A stretch of DNA of 64,000 nt from Spirochaetia bacterium (GCA_965208575.1 CBDBOV010000006.1:1184001-1248000); one strand, 5' to 3'. Numbered from the stretch's first letter, positions 18,346 through 28,531 are shown. Numbers and translations are program-made. Notes: a model not told the origin generated them from the sequence alone.

Positions 18346-19049
18346 ATGCGCCGCTCCACCACCAGGTTGGTGGCATACAGGCCGACGAAGGTGGCGCTCA
18401 GGAAGTACACCACGTCGCGCGAGTCGATCACGCCCTTGGCCACGTTTCCGAAGTGGTAGTCGGCGCCCAGGTACTGCAGCACGCCGGTAAGGCCGGCCGG
18501 GATGAAGAACAGCACCTTGTCGATCAGCACCAGGAAGGCGCACAGCGTCAGGCCGATGATGAACGCCACGATCTGGTTCTTGGTCAGCGCGGAGGCGAAC
18601 AGGCCCACCGAGCAGTACAGCGCGGCCAGCAGTATGGTGCCCAGGTAGCCGCCCACCACCGGCCCCGGATCCAGGTCGCCGAGCGTCGCCACGATGATCG
18701 GGTAGGCCAGCGTCGGCACCAGCATCAGCAGGATGAACAGCAGGCTGCCGGTGAACTTGCCGAGCAGCACGTCGAAGCGGGTCATCGGCAGCGTGCTGAG
18801 CACCTCGTAGGAGCCGGTGCTGAACTCCTCGGCGAACACCCGCATGGTCACCGCCGGCACCACCAGCCCCAGGGTCATCGGCAGCAGGCGGAAGAACTCG
18901 CGCAGGTCGGCGCGCCCGTTGAGGAAGAACGGCGTGAAGAAAAACCAGCCGGTCACGGTGAGGAAGATCACGGTGACGATGTACGCCACCGGCGAGCCGA
19001 ACGCCGCCCGCAGCTCGCGCCACACGACCCGGAAGAAGGCGCCGCTCAT
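18342..19049 (-). CDS. ABC-2 permease (GldF-like)
   Basis: RELRAAFGSPVAY, PAVTMRVFAEE, LLGKF and SALTKNQIVA motifs. Confidence 0.9.
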   Translation of the reverse strand: MSGAFFRVVWRELRAAFGSPVAYIVTVIFLTVTGWFFFTPFFLNGRADLREFFRLLPMTLGLVVPAVTMRVFAEEFSTGSYEVLSTLPMTRFDVLLGKFTGSLLFILLMLVPTLAYPIIVATLGDLDPGPVVGGYLGTILLAALYCSVGLFASALTKNQIVAFIIGLTLCAFLVLIDKVLFFIPAGLTGVLQYLGADYHFGNVAKGVIDSRDVVYFLSATFVGLYATNLVVERRI

Positions 19050-20044
19050 GCGCTCTCCTCCGCAACTGCGCCGTCCGCGGCCACTCCGTCGCCGGAGCCG
19101 TCGCCGGCCGCGCCGGTCAGCTCCCGGAACGTGTCCTCCAGCGAGTGGCCCTCGGAGTTGAGCCCCACCACCACCCAGTCGCGCGCCTTGATGGCGGCGT
19201 ACAGCTCGCGCAGGTTCTGCCCGGCGCACGACACCTCCACCAGCAGCGCGCCGGCCACCGGCAGCGGCGCATCGAGCACGCGCACCACGCTGTTCACGCC
19301 CGGCACCGCCAGCAGGTGGCGCTGCACGTCGTCGAGCGGCGCGTCCAGCAGCGCCAGCCGCACCGCCAGGCCGGACAGCGCGCGCGCCTTCACCACGTCG
19401 GCGGTGCCGTCGGCCGCCACCCGCCCGCGGTTGATGATCACGATGCGGTCGCAGGTGGTCTCCACCTCGCTCAGGATGTGGGTGGAGAAGATCACCGTCT
19501 TCTCGCGCCCCGCCTCCTTGATGATGGAGCGGATCTCGACGATCTGGTTGGGGTCGAGACCGGAGGTGGGCTCGTCCAGGATGAGGATGTCGGGGTCGCT
19601 GAGCATGGCGTGGGCGAGGCCGACGCGCTGCTTGTAGCCGCGCGACAGCTCCCGGAACGGGCGGTGGATCACGTCGCCCAAGCCGCACAGGTCGGTCATG
19701 GCGCGGATGCGCTCGCCGCGCCGGCGCGGCTCGATGCGGCGCACGGCAGCCACGTACTGCAGGTAGTCGTGCACCACCATGTCGGCGTACAGCGGGGCGA
19801 ACTCGGGCAGGTAGCCGATCAGCCGCTTCACTTCGAGCGGATTGTCGGCCACGTCCATCTCCTGCACCTCGACCGAGCCGGCGGTCGGGGTGAGGTAGCC
19901 GGTGACGATGCGCATGGTGGTGGTCTTGCCGGCGCCGTTGGGACCGAGCAGCCCGAGGATCTCGCCCCGGTTGACCGAGAAGCTCACGCCGTCGAGGGCG
20001 CGGGTGGTCCCGTAGTCTTTGGTGAGGTTGTTGATTCGGATCAT
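19046..20044 (-). CDS. ABC transporter ATP-binding protein (GldA-like)
   Basis: Walker A GPNGAGKTT, signature LSRGYKQR, Walker B ILILDEPTSGLDP. Confidence 0.95.
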   Translation of the reverse strand: MIRINNLTKDYGTTRALDGVSFSVNRGEILGLLGPNGAGKTTTMRIVTGYLTPTAGSVEVQEMDVADNPLEVKRLIGYLPEFAPLYADMVVHDYLQYVAAVRRIEPRRRGERIRAMTDLCGLGDVIHRPFRELSRGYKQRVGLAHAMLSDPDILILDEPTSGLDPNQIVEIRSIIKEAGREKTVIFSTHILSEVETTCDRIVIINRGRVAADGTADVVKARALSGLAVRLALLDAPLDDVQRHLLAVPGVNSVVRVLDAPLPVAGALLVEVSCAGQNLRELYAAIKARDWVVVGLNSEGHSLEDTFRELTGAAGDGSGDGVAADGAVAEESA

Positions 20045-20240
20045 GGGAATCGCGGGCTGCCGCGGCGGCGGCCGCCGTCTCCCCATAGATGTACTACAAA
20101 TCCTCCGCCAAAGTGAAGATCCACCGCCCGGGGAGCACGGCCGCCACCGGGGCGCGGGTACGCCGGCGGCCCGGCGGTATTCAGACCGGCTCTCGATCCC
20201 TGAGGTTGAAGTGACCATGTGATGTCCATATGATAGTCAT

Positions 20241-20483
20241 ATGCGTTCGATCACCATTGCCAAGCTGAAGGCGACACTGAGTGCCGAGTTGCGGCGAGTG
20301 CGCGCGGGGGAGCGGGTCACGGTCCTCGATCGCACCACTCCGGTGGCGCTCCTCGCGCCGGTTCCGGCGGCGATCCGCGTGGTGCGGGCAGCGAAGGCGC
20401 CCTACGCCCACCGGACCCTGACGCCTCTGATGGCGCGCGATCCGTTGCCCTATCTGGACGAGGAGCGCGGCGAAGCTTGGTAG
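20241..20483 (+). CDS. Phd/YefM family antitoxin (orphan)
   Basis: ITIAKLKATLSAELRRVRAGERVTV-DR-TPVA; TATGAT lies 6 nt before the ATG. Confidence 0.85.
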   Translation: MRSITIAKLKATLSAELRRVRAGERVTVLDRTTPVALLAPVPAAIRVVRAAKAPYAHRTLTPLMARDPLPYLDEERGEAW

Positions 20484-20515
20484 CCTATCTCGGGCTCACG
20501 GCAGCCTTGGTATAG
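20477..20515 (+). pseudogene. Stub of PIN toxin N-terminus (MVAYLGLTAALV*)
   Basis: TTG start overlapping the antitoxin end; resembles the M-x-AYLD-S-AL PIN start and stops after 12 codons. Confidence 0.45.
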
Positions 20516-20656
20516 GCCCGGCCGCGCGCCGGACCCCATCCCCGGCTGGTTCGTGGTATTCTGATCGCAACGTGTCGCCTCCCCGCCAGCAGCATCGGGG
20601 TCTCATCCAACTCGGCGCGCAACCGGCCCGGCGGGCCGCGAGGTGTTTCGTTCGGA

Positions 20657-21847
20657 TCAGATCGCGAACCAGGGCCTGACGTCGATGCCGTGGCGGCGCT
20701 GGTGGTCGCGGCCGGCATGAATCAGCGTTGCCCGATCGGTGTCCACACCGGCCTGCCGGCACCACCAGCGCAAGCCTGCCGTCATTGCGGAAACCACGGT
20801 CTCGCCGGACTTGATTTCGACCGGATAGGGTTCGCTGTCATGTTCGATCAGCAGATCGATCTCGTGGCCGGTACGGTCGCGCCAGAAGTACAGGGGCGGC
20901 TGTAGCCGATGGTGACGATACGCCTTCACGACCTCGGCCACGACGTAGTTCTCGAACAACGCGCCGCGCAGATGGTGGGTGGCCAACTGCCGCTCACTGC
21001 GAATGCCGAGCAAGTGGCAGGCCAGGCCGGTGTCCACCAGGTAGAGCTTGGGACTCTTCACCAGTCGCTTGTTGAAGTTGCGGTAGTAGGGACGCAGCAG
21101 GGTGACGACGAAGCTCGTCACCAGGACCGAGATCCAACGCCGCACGGTATCGACCGCGACGCCGCAATCGTTGGCGAGCGACGAGTAATTCAGGAGCTGA
21201 CCCACGCGCCCTGCCACCAGCATCAGGAACCGCTCGAAGGTTTCCAGTTGACCGACGTTGACCAGGGCGCGAACGTCACGGGCCAGGTAGGTCTGCACGT
21301 AGTCGGGCAGCCAGATTTCCGCCGGGATGCCGCGATCGTGGATGCGCGGGTAAAAGCCGGTGCGCACGGTGGACCACAGATCGAGCTGCGTCGTGGGGTT
21401 GGAAAACAGCGCACCGGGCACGCCGGGCGCGACTTGCGGCTGGGACTCCAGTTCCGCCCGCGACAGGGGCAGCAGATGGAGAATCCCGGTCCGCCCGGCC
21501 AACGTCTGAGAGACCTTGTCCATGAGCAGGAGGTTGTGAGATCCGGTCAGAACGTATGTCCCGGTATGATCCGGGTGATCGACTGCCACCTGGATCGCGG
21601 ACAGGATGTCCGGGACCCGCTGCACCTCGTCGATGATGGCCGGTGCACGGTAGCGGGACAGAAAGCCGTGCGGATCATCACGGGCGAACCGGCGCGGCTC
21701 GATGTCCTCCAGGTTGACGTACTCGAAGTCGGGAAAGATCGTGCGCGCAAGGGTAGTCTTCCCCGATTGCCGAGGGCCGGTCAGGGTGACTACCGGATAA
21801 TACCCGGCATCGCGCACGAGCACCGGACCGAGGGTACGAGCTATCAT
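20657..21847 (-). CDS. AAA+ ATPase with C-terminal DUF4143 (AAA_14 type)
   Basis: GPRQSGKTT, IIDEVQRVP, LTGS, KSPKLYLVDTGL and EIDLL...PVEIK motifs. Confidence 0.92.
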   Translation of the reverse strand: MIARTLGPVLVRDAGYYPVVTLTGPRQSGKTTLARTIFPDFEYVNLEDIEPRRFARDDPHGFLSRYRAPAIIDEVQRVPDILSAIQVAVDHPDHTGTYVLTGSHNLLLMDKVSQTLAGRTGILHLLPLSRAELESQPQVAPGVPGALFSNPTTQLDLWSTVRTGFYPRIHDRGIPAEIWLPDYVQTYLARDVRALVNVGQLETFERFLMLVAGRVGQLLNYSSLANDCGVAVDTVRRWISVLVTSFVVTLLRPYYRNFNKRLVKSPKLYLVDTGLACHLLGIRSERQLATHHLRGALFENYVVAEVVKAYRHHRLQPPLYFWRDRTGHEIDLLIEHDSEPYPVEIKSGETVVSAMTAGLRWWCRQAGVDTDRATLIHAGRDHQRRHGIDVRPWFAI

Positions 21848-21980
21848 GTGTCAAATGTACGATACAATCGTAGATCTGTCACGTCGCGGATCGTACCATA
21901 CTCTCCTGGTCAGACCAGACCAGACCATCTTGCCGAAGTCACCGGTGGTTGCGGGCGGCGCAGTTGGCTATGCTCCGGGG

Positions 21981-22460
21981 ATGGCAGTGGAAATCGACGC
22001 GAGCTGGTATGAGCGGCCGCCCGGCACGCCGGAGCGGCTGACCGCCGGGGGACTGGTGTGCGCGCTGCGGGACGGACGGGCGGTGGTGGCGCTGGTGCGC
22101 GAGGGCGACTGGCCTGCCTGGCTTCTTCCCAAGGGCGGCGTGGAGGCGGGCGAGGCGATCGAGGCGGCGGCGCGGCGCGAGATCGCGGAGGAGGCGGGGT
22201 TCACCCGGCTCACCCTGCTCGGCAAGATCGGCGTGCTGGAACGCCTCACCTTCGATCGGGCGTCCTGGACGGTGACCCACCTGTTCGCCTACGCCACCGG
22301 CGAACGCGACGCGGTGCCGCTCGACCGCGACGCCCATCCCCATCCGCCGCGCTGGTTCGGAATCGACGCGCTGCCGGACATGCTGTGGCCCGACCAGCGG
22401 CGGCTGATCGAGCGCAATCACGACCGACTGCGCCGCTGGCTGGCCGGCCCGAACGCCTGA
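21981..22460 (+). CDS. NUDIX hydrolase
   Basis: Nudix box PKGGVEAGEAIEAAARREIAEEAG. Confidence 0.93.
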   Translation: MAVEIDASWYERPPGTPERLTAGGLVCALRDGRAVVALVREGDWPAWLLPKGGVEAGEAIEAAARREIAEEAGFTRLTLLGKIGVLERLTFDRASWTVTHLFAYATGERDAVPLDRDAHPHPPRWFGIDALPDMLWPDQRRLIERNHDRLRRWLAGPNA

Positions 22461-22476
22461 ACCACTGCGCGGTTTC

Positions 22477-23427
22477 TTAGTACTTCAGTGACTTGTCTAC
22501 CACGTTCTCCAGCGGCTCGCCGGCCAGGTAGCGCTGCAGGTTGCGGCGTATCATGGTGCCGACCAGCGCGCCGGTGCGCGCCGAGGAGGGCGACGAGTGC
22601 GGGCTGATCAGGATGTTCGGCGCGTCCCACAGCTCGCTGTCGGCGGGCAGCGGCTCGACCGCCGTCACGTCCAGCCCGGCCCCGGCCAGGGCGCCTTCGC
22701 GCAGCATGCGCACCAGCGCCGGTTCATCGATGATCCCGCCGCGTGACATGCCCAGCAGGTAGGCGGTCGGCTTGAGCAGCGCCAGCCGCTCGGCGCTCAG
22801 CATGCCGCGCGTGGCATCGGTGATCGGGGTCGCCACCGCCACCACGTCGGCGCGCCGCAGCAGGTCGTCCAGGCCGTCGAGCAGGCCCAGCTCCGCCACG
22901 TAGTCGGGCCGTGCGACCGGGTGCGCGTCGACCGCGATGACCGGCATCTCGAATGCGTGCGCCCGCACCGCGATCGCGCGTCCGATGTTGCCCAGTCCGA
23001 TCACGCCCATGGTCAGGCCGGCCAGCCCCACGGTAGGTTGCGGCGCCGGGCGCAGCCACACCTTGTCGCGCTGCGCCTGGCGCAGGTCGTCGAACCGCCG
23101 CGCCAGCGCGATCAGCATGCCGAAGGCGTGCTCGGCGATGGTTGCCGCGTGCGCGCCGCGGGTGTTGGTCACCACGATGTCGGTATCGGCCAGCTCCGGC
23201 GGGATCCACTCCACGCCGGCGCTGCCCGACTGCACCCACTTCAGGCGAGGGGCGGCGGCCAGCAACTCGGCGGTCACGCTCCCCAACGCCACCTCGGCAT
23301 CGGCGGCCGCGGCGAGCTTCTGCTCCTCCGTATCCGGAACGATAAACTCCACCGCCGGCAACTCGCGCCGCAGCGCATCGACGAAGCCGACAATCCACTC
23401 ATTGGTCACCAGAACCTTCAAACTCAT
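22477..23427 (-). CDS. D-2-hydroxyacid dehydrogenase
   Basis: GLGNIG, SRGGIIDE, GAGLDV..EPL and ISPH motifs. Confidence 0.92.
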   Translation of the reverse strand: MSLKVLVTNEWIVGFVDALRRELPAVEFIVPDTEEQKLAAAADAEVALGSVTAELLAAAPRLKWVQSGSAGVEWIPPELADTDIVVTNTRGAHAATIAEHAFGMLIALARRFDDLRQAQRDKVWLRPAPQPTVGLAGLTMGVIGLGNIGRAIAVRAHAFEMPVIAVDAHPVARPDYVAELGLLDGLDDLLRRADVVAVATPITDATRGMLSAERLALLKPTAYLLGMSRGGIIDEPALVRMLREGALAGAGLDVTAVEPLPADSELWDAPNILISPHSSPSSARTGALVGTMIRRNLQRYLAGEPLENVVDKSLKY

Positions 23428-23441
23428 GTCTTGGACACTCC

Positions 23442-24638
23442 TCAATCTGCAGTCCGCGGGAACACCTCGGACGCTTCGTAAGCATTGCGCGCGGCGACCT
23501 GTTCGTTCAACTCGACCCCCAGGCCGGGGCCGTCCGGCGGAATGATGTAGCCGTCCTGCCACCGGATCGGCCGGCTCAGCAGTTCCGCGTAGAAGCCGCC
23601 GAAGGTCTCGATGCTCTCCTGGATGAGGAAATTGGGGCTGCAGGTGGCCAACTGGATGTTGGCGGCCGCCTCGATCGGCCCGGCGTACAGGTGCGGCGCC
23701 ACGTGCACGTAGTGCGCCTCCGCCATGCCGGCGATCTTCTTCGCCTCCAGGATGCCGCCGACGCGGGCGAGCGCCGGCTGCAGGATCGCCGCCGCCTGCC
23801 GGTTCAGCAGCTCGGCGTACTCGTACTTGGTAGCCAGCCGCTCGCCGGTGGCCACCGGGATGCTGGTGCCGCGCGCCACCAGCGCCATCTCGGCGCGGTT
23901 CTCCGGCGGCACCGGCTCCTCGAACCACAGCGGATCGAACGGCTCCAGGCGCTTGGCCAGGCGGATCGCCGCGGCCGCGGTCATCTGCCCGTGGGTGCCG
24001 ATCAGCAGGTCGCAGCGGCGCCCGACCGCCTCGCGCACGTTGCGCACCACCAGCTCGGTGTTGTCCAGCTCGTGCAGGCTGAGCTGGTGCGGGTCGAGCA
24101 CCGACATGTGGTGCACCGGATCGAGCTTCACCGCCGTGAAGCCCTGGTCCGCGTACGCCGCGGCCCGCCGCGGCGCCGCCACCGGATCCATCTGCACCGC
24201 GGTTGCGCGCCCGGGCCGCGGCGCTCCGGTGACTGGGCCCGGGTACAGGTAGGTGTAGGAGCGCAGCCGCTCGTGCACCTTGCCGCCGAGCAGGTTGTAG
24301 ATCGGCTGCCCGAGCGCCTTGCCGACGATGTCCCAGCAGGCGATTTCGATGCCGCTGAGCACGCCGATCACGGTGAAGTCGGGGTGCTGATTGTAGCCGC
24401 TCGCGTACACGGTGCGCCACAGGCGCTCGATCCGGAACGGGTCCCAGCCGGCGACGTGGCGCTCGAACACGTCCTCGATCAGTCCGGCCACCCGCTGCGG
24501 ACCGAACGGCACGCCGTACACCTCTCCGTAGCCGGCGATGCCGGTGTCGGTGGTGAGCTTCAGGAACACCCAGTAGGGGCCGCCCCTGTGGGGCGGCGGG
24601 TTGGCCACTACCCAAGTGGTCAGATCGACGATCTTCAT
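23442..24638 (-). CDS. Mandelate racemase/muconate lactonizing (enolase superfamily) enzyme
   Basis: IEIACWDIVGK, K-x-D, WFEEP, ATGER and PGLGVE motifs. Confidence 0.92.
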   Translation of the reverse strand: MKIVDLTTWVVANPPPHRGGPYWVFLKLTTDTGIAGYGEVYGVPFGPQRVAGLIEDVFERHVAGWDPFRIERLWRTVYASGYNQHPDFTVIGVLSGIEIACWDIVGKALGQPIYNLLGGKVHERLRSYTYLYPGPVTGAPRPGRATAVQMDPVAAPRRAAAYADQGFTAVKLDPVHHMSVLDPHQLSLHELDNTELVVRNVREAVGRRCDLLIGTHGQMTAAAAIRLAKRLEPFDPLWFEEPVPPENRAEMALVARGTSIPVATGERLATKYEYAELLNRQAAAILQPALARVGGILEAKKIAGMAEAHYVHVAPHLYAGPIEAAANIQLATCSPNFLIQESIETFGGFYAELLSRPIRWQDGYIIPPDGPGLGVELNEQVAARNAYEASEVFPRTAD

Positions 24639-24818
24639 CGGTTGGCACTCCATGGCCCGGCACGCGGCGCCGGGCGGTCTCTAGGCGGCGGCAAGTGCGG
24701 CGCGCGGCAGTGCCCTCGGGCGCCGGGCGGATCGCATGCGGCGGCTGCGCTTTGCACCCGCCGCCCACGGCATCGTATCATGGACGCACCCTCGATTGTC
24801 CGACGAAAGGAGAGCACG

Positions 24819-25217
24819 ATGCCAATCGAACCGATTCTCTCGAGCGCCCTGCACACCATCAACCTGGAGGAGATCAAGCGCGAGATGGGCCCGCCGCCGT
24901 GGTTTCGCCCGGTGGTGCTGTCCGAATACGTGCAGGGCATGGTGATCTGCCAGACCGCGGCCGTCACCACCGACAACCACGTGCACGACTACGACGAGTG
25001 GTGGCTGGTGCTGGAAGGCGAGATCCACTGGCAGATCAAGGGCCGCGCCGGACCGGTTCGCGCCACGGCGGGCGACTTCGTCTACGTGCCGGCGCTCACC
25101 TTCCACCACATCTTCCCGCAGGGCGACGAGCCCTCGATCCGGCTGGCCATCTCGATGCCCGGGCACCCGCACCTGCACACCCGCCCCGAACGCAAGGCCC
25201 AGGTCACCTTCACCTGA
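24819..25217 (+). CDS. Cupin domain protein
   Basis: HVHDYDEWWLVLEG and GDFVYVPA..HHI motifs; AAGGAG RBS. Confidence 0.88.
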   Translation: MPIEPILSSALHTINLEEIKREMGPPPWFRPVVLSEYVQGMVICQTAAVTTDNHVHDYDEWWLVLEGEIHWQIKGRAGPVRATAGDFVYVPALTFHHIFPQGDEPSIRLAISMPGHPHLHTRPERKAQVTFT

Positions 25218-25281
25218 CCTAACCCGACCGGCCCCGGCCTCGACCGACTGGAAGTTCTGGCCAAAGGACCTCGGGCTTGCG

Positions 25282-25329
25282 TTAGCAGCCAGTGTTCACC
25301 AATGCGCTTGTGTCGAAGTACGCGATCAA
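25282..25329 (-). pseudogene. Stub of VapC/PIN toxin (MIAYFDTSALVNTGC*)
   Basis: TTG start overlapping the antitoxin TGA. The canonical PIN start AYFDTSALV is followed by a stop and the convergent cupin gene. Confidence 0.75.
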
Positions 25330-25604
25330 CGGCGATCTTCGGACACAATGTCCGAGAGTCTTGTCCCTACGAGTCGCGGGGGCTCCGGGCTGTCGGGATT
25401 CGGGGTCTTCGCGGGAAGAGTTACCAACCCCGCCGCGACGAGACTTGCGAGCCGCTCAGAGTCGGAAGTCGATTCGCGCGGCTCTCTTACGATACGTGCC
25501 ACAGAGCGCCCACGTTCCGTGATGACCACTTCATCGCCGGCTTGCACCGCCGCCACGAAGCTGCTCAGCCGAGCCTTCGTTTCAATGATATCGGCAACAA
25601 TCAT
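25326..25604 (-). CDS. Phd/YefM family antitoxin (orphan)
   Basis: ETKARLS...VQAGDEVVITERGRSVARI...LSDIVSEDR. Confidence 0.88.
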   Translation of the reverse strand: MIVADIIETKARLSSFVAAVQAGDEVVITERGRSVARIVREPRESTSDSERLASLVAAGLVTLPAKTPNPDSPEPPRLVGTRLSDIVSEDRR

Positions 25605-25627
25605 TCTTGCCCAGAATACGCGATGAG

Positions 25628-26245
25628 CTATCGGTCGAGGAAGGCGACGGTCTGGCGGATGGCTTCGGCGGTGTTTTGCTCCAGGGTGCGGCCGGAGCGC
25701 TTGCGCGGCCGGAAGCCGTGGTCGCCGTCGGCGATCCAGTGCATGGTGATTGCCGGCGACAGGTCGTAGCCGGCCACCTCGTCGCGGTTGCCCATCGGGT
25801 CGCGCTCGCCTTGCAGGATCAGGGTGGGGGTGCGCAGGGTCGCCAGGTGTGCGGTGCGCAGCCGGTCGGGCCGCCCGAGGGGGTGAAACGGATAGGCGTA
25901 GCAGATCAGCGCCTGCGCGGCGCACTCGTCGGCCACCAGGCTGGCGATGCGCCCGCCCATGGAGCGCCCGCCGATCGCCACGTCGCCGCCGACCGCCGTC
26001 CTGACACGCGCGATCACGTCGCGCCAGGTCTGCTCCAGGATCGGCTGGCGGTCGGGCGCACCGCCGCGGCCGTTGACGCGGCGGCGGTGCATGTACGGGA
26101 ACTCGAACCGGGCGACCCGCAGCCCGGCGTCGTTGAGGCCGTCGGCGAGCGCGTTCATCGCCGGATGGTCCATCGCCTGGCCGGCGCCATGGGCCAGGAT
26201 CACGGTATGCCGGGCATCGATCGGCCCGGTGATCAGCGCCTGCAT
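25628..26245 (-). CDS. Alpha/beta hydrolase (KANL3/Tex30-like)
   Basis: LAHGAG, GGRSMGGR nucleophile elbow, YPFHP, QGERD and DGDH motifs. Confidence 0.9.
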   Translation of the reverse strand: MQALITGPIDARHTVILAHGAGQAMDHPAMNALADGLNDAGLRVARFEFPYMHRRRVNGRGGAPDRQPILEQTWRDVIARVRTAVGGDVAIGGRSMGGRIASLVADECAAQALICYAYPFHPLGRPDRLRTAHLATLRTPTLILQGERDPMGNRDEVAGYDLSPAITMHWIADGDHGFRPRKRSGRTLEQNTAEAIRQTVAFLDR

Positions 26246-28020
26246 CACAGCCCCGCCGCGTGCGCGCTGTGGAAGGTGTCGGCGCCGCCGCGCAGGCCGC
26301 CGGCGTCGCGCGCGAGGGCAACCGGGCTGGCGAACGGGCTGAGGCCCTCGGTGACGTAGCGCGGATCGATGGCGCCGACGTGGTGGCGGCGCGCGCGCAG
26401 CTCGTCGATCACCGCGGGGTCGACGCGCCCGTCGATGGCGGTCAGCGGCGTGCTGCAGTCGAGCCGCGGGGCGTCGACGGCGGCCTGCGGTCCGAGCCCG
26501 AAGTCGAGCATCTTCACCACCAGGCTGGTGACGCAGTTGGTGATGCGCCGTCCGCCGGACGCCCCCACCGCCAGCCGCGCGCCGCCGTCGTCGAGCACCA
26601 GCAGCGGCGACATGTTGTTGAGCGGCAGCTTGCGCGGCGCGATGGAGTTGACGCGGCCGGGCACCGGATCGAACCACATCATGCCGTTGTTCAGCACCAC
26701 GCCGGTGCCGGGGGCGACCACGCCGGAGCCGAAGCCGGCCATCAGCGTGTTGGTGAGCGACACCGCGTTGCCGGCGCCGTCGAGCACGCACAGGTGGGTG
26801 GTGCCGTCCTGGTAGCCGGGCGCGCTGCCGGGCGGGCGCCGCGGTGCGCGCCTGCCCTCCTCCTGCCACGGGTCGCCGGGCTTGAAGTGGCGCGGCGCCT
26901 TGCGCCCGACGGCCGCCCAGCGGCGCGCGGCGTAGGCGGGCGAAGTGAGGCCGCGCCACGGTACGTCGGCACTCTCCGGGTCGGCCAGGAAGGCGAACCG
27001 GTCGGCGTAGGCGAGGCGGGCGGCGCAGATGTAGCGGTGCAGCGCCTCGGCGCTGTTGTGCCCGCAGGCGGCCAGATCGGCGTTGGCGAGCATCTGCAGG
27101 GTCATGGCGCTGGTGATTCCGCCGCTCGCGAACGGCGCCACCCGCACGCGCAGGTCGCGGTACCGAATCTCCAGCGGGCCGTCGCCGGAGTTGCCCGCCG
27201 GCCAATGCAGCGGGCGGTAGGTTTCCAGGTCGGCGCGGCTCAGCACGCCGCCGCCGGCCTGCACGGCATCGACGATACGGCCTGCCACGACGCCGCCGTA
27301 GAAACCGCCGGCGCCGCTCCTGGCGATCTCCTCCAGCGTATCGGCCAGGTCCGGCTGGCGGAGCTTGGCCGGTTCCGCGCGCACCGGCTCGCCGCGCCGG
27401 TAGCCGGGACCGGGAATCTGTATGCCATACGGCAGTTCTCCATTGGGCAGAAACACGCGCCGCAACTCGGCGTGGCGGGTCAGCTTGCCGGCCTGCTGGC
27501 CGAACGCCATCAGGTCGTGGAACTCCGGCGCGAACCCGCCGCGCGCCAGCGCGATCGCAGGTGCAAGCACTTCTTCCAGCGGCAGGCGGCCAAGTTCCCG
27601 GTGCGCCACGGTCAAGCCGGCCACCGCTCCGGGGGTGGCCACCGAGCGCGGCCCCTCCAGGTTGGCGTCGTCCTCGACCCCCGGCCAGCCGAACGCCCCG
27701 ACCGCGGGGGCGCCGGTGAGGCGGTACATGTCCGGGGCGACTCCGAGCGGCGCGCGCATCGGAAACCCGTACACGCCGCCGCGCCCGCCCACCTGGTACA
27801 CCAGGTAGCCGCCGCCGCCGATGCCGCTGCTCTTCGGCTCCACCACGCCGACCGCGAACGCCGCCGCCACCGCCGCGTCCACCACGTTGCCGCCGCCGCG
27901 CAACATCTCCAGCGCCGCCTTGCTCGCCAGCCGGTGCTTGGTGGCTACCACCGCCCGTTCGCCGCGCGCCTCCTGCTTGCCGCTGGTGAACACGCTCGCG
28001 CGCGCGGCCACCTCGCTCAC
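26245..28020 (-). CDS. Gamma-glutamyltransferase family (Ntn hydrolase)
   Basis: GGNVVDAAVA, SGIGGGG, GTTH autoprocessing Thr, FGSG...LNNGM and GASGG motifs. Confidence 0.92.
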   Translation of the reverse strand: MSEVAARASVFTSGKQEARGERAVVATKHRLASKAALEMLRGGGNVVDAAVAAAFAVGVVEPKSSGIGGGGYLVYQVGGRGGVYGFPMRAPLGVAPDMYRLTGAPAVGAFGWPGVEDDANLEGPRSVATPGAVAGLTVAHRELGRLPLEEVLAPAIALARGGFAPEFHDLMAFGQQAGKLTRHAELRRVFLPNGELPYGIQIPGPGYRRGEPVRAEPAKLRQPDLADTLEEIARSGAGGFYGGVVAGRIVDAVQAGGGVLSRADLETYRPLHWPAGNSGDGPLEIRYRDLRVRVAPFASGGITSAMTLQMLANADLAACGHNSAEALHRYICAARLAYADRFAFLADPESADVPWRGLTSPAYAARRWAAVGRKAPRHFKPGDPWQEEGRRAPRRPPGSAPGYQDGTTHLCVLDGAGNAVSLTNTLMAGFGSGVVAPGTGVVLNNGMMWFDPVPGRVNSIAPRKLPLNNMSPLLVLDDGGARLAVGASGGRRITNCVTSLVVKMLDFGLGPQAAVDAPRLDCSTPLTAIDGRVDPAVIDELRARRHHVGAIDPRYVTEGLSPFASPVALARDAGGLRGGADTFHSAHAAGL

Positions 28021-28445
28021 GACCCGTGCCCGCCCGCGGCCGCGTCCAGAGGCGCCGGCGCGAGTGCGCTCTCGAACTGCCCGGTCGCCAGCAGCACGAG
28101 CGTGCACGCCTCCAGGTACGGAATGCCGTGCTCGTCGAGTGCCCGTTCCAACTGCTCCGACTCGGTGCCGGGGTTGAGGACGACCCGCCGCGGGCGGGCG
28201 GCGACGATGTCGTCGATCAACGGGACGATGTGGCGCGGACCCACATACACGGTGAGGGTGTGCACCTGGCGCTGCAGCGCGGCCAGATCGGGCACCACGG
28301 GCAGGCCCTCGATCTGGTCGTGCGCCGGATTAATCGGCACGACATCGTAGCCGTGCTGCTGCAGAGCGCGTACGGCGCGGTTGGCATAGCGCTGCCGGTT
28401 GCGGCTGGCCCCGAGAACGGCGACCTGGTGATTGCTGGCTGCCAT
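28017..28445 (-). CDS. CoA-binding domain protein (YccU-like)
   Basis: VAVLGAS, VVPINP, LNPGTES and ACTLV motifs. Confidence 0.9.
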   Translation of the reverse strand: MAASNHQVAVLGASRNRQRYANRAVRALQQHGYDVVPINPAHDQIEGLPVVPDLAALQRQVHTLTVYVGPRHIVPLIDDIVAARPRRVVLNPGTESEQLERALDEHGIPYLEACTLVLLATGQFESALAPAPLDAAAGGHGS

Positions 28446-28531
28446 GGCTCTACACCCATTGTACGCCGCCAGCCCCGCCGTGACCATGCGATAACCCGTG
28501 AACTCTCGGGCCGCCGTCGCCTTATTCCGAC

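Noticed and set aside
16222-18459. Long antisense or alternate-frame ORFs (for example 16222..18459 +, 26260..28350 +, 37648..40257 +, 50188..52740 -)
   Set aside because: These are shadow ORFs expected at high GC. They overlap well-supported genes and lack recognisable motifs.
15062-20044. Bacteroidota-type gliding motility system
   Set aside because: GldA/F/G-like ABC modules with DUF4340 are widespread in non-gliding bacteria, and no other gld/spr genes are present.
20560-20630. Possible remnant of a second AAA ATPase start (RLRAELDETPMLLAGRR, minus strand)
   Set aside because: The resemblance is weak and the Walker A motif is absent; it cannot be supported without a search.
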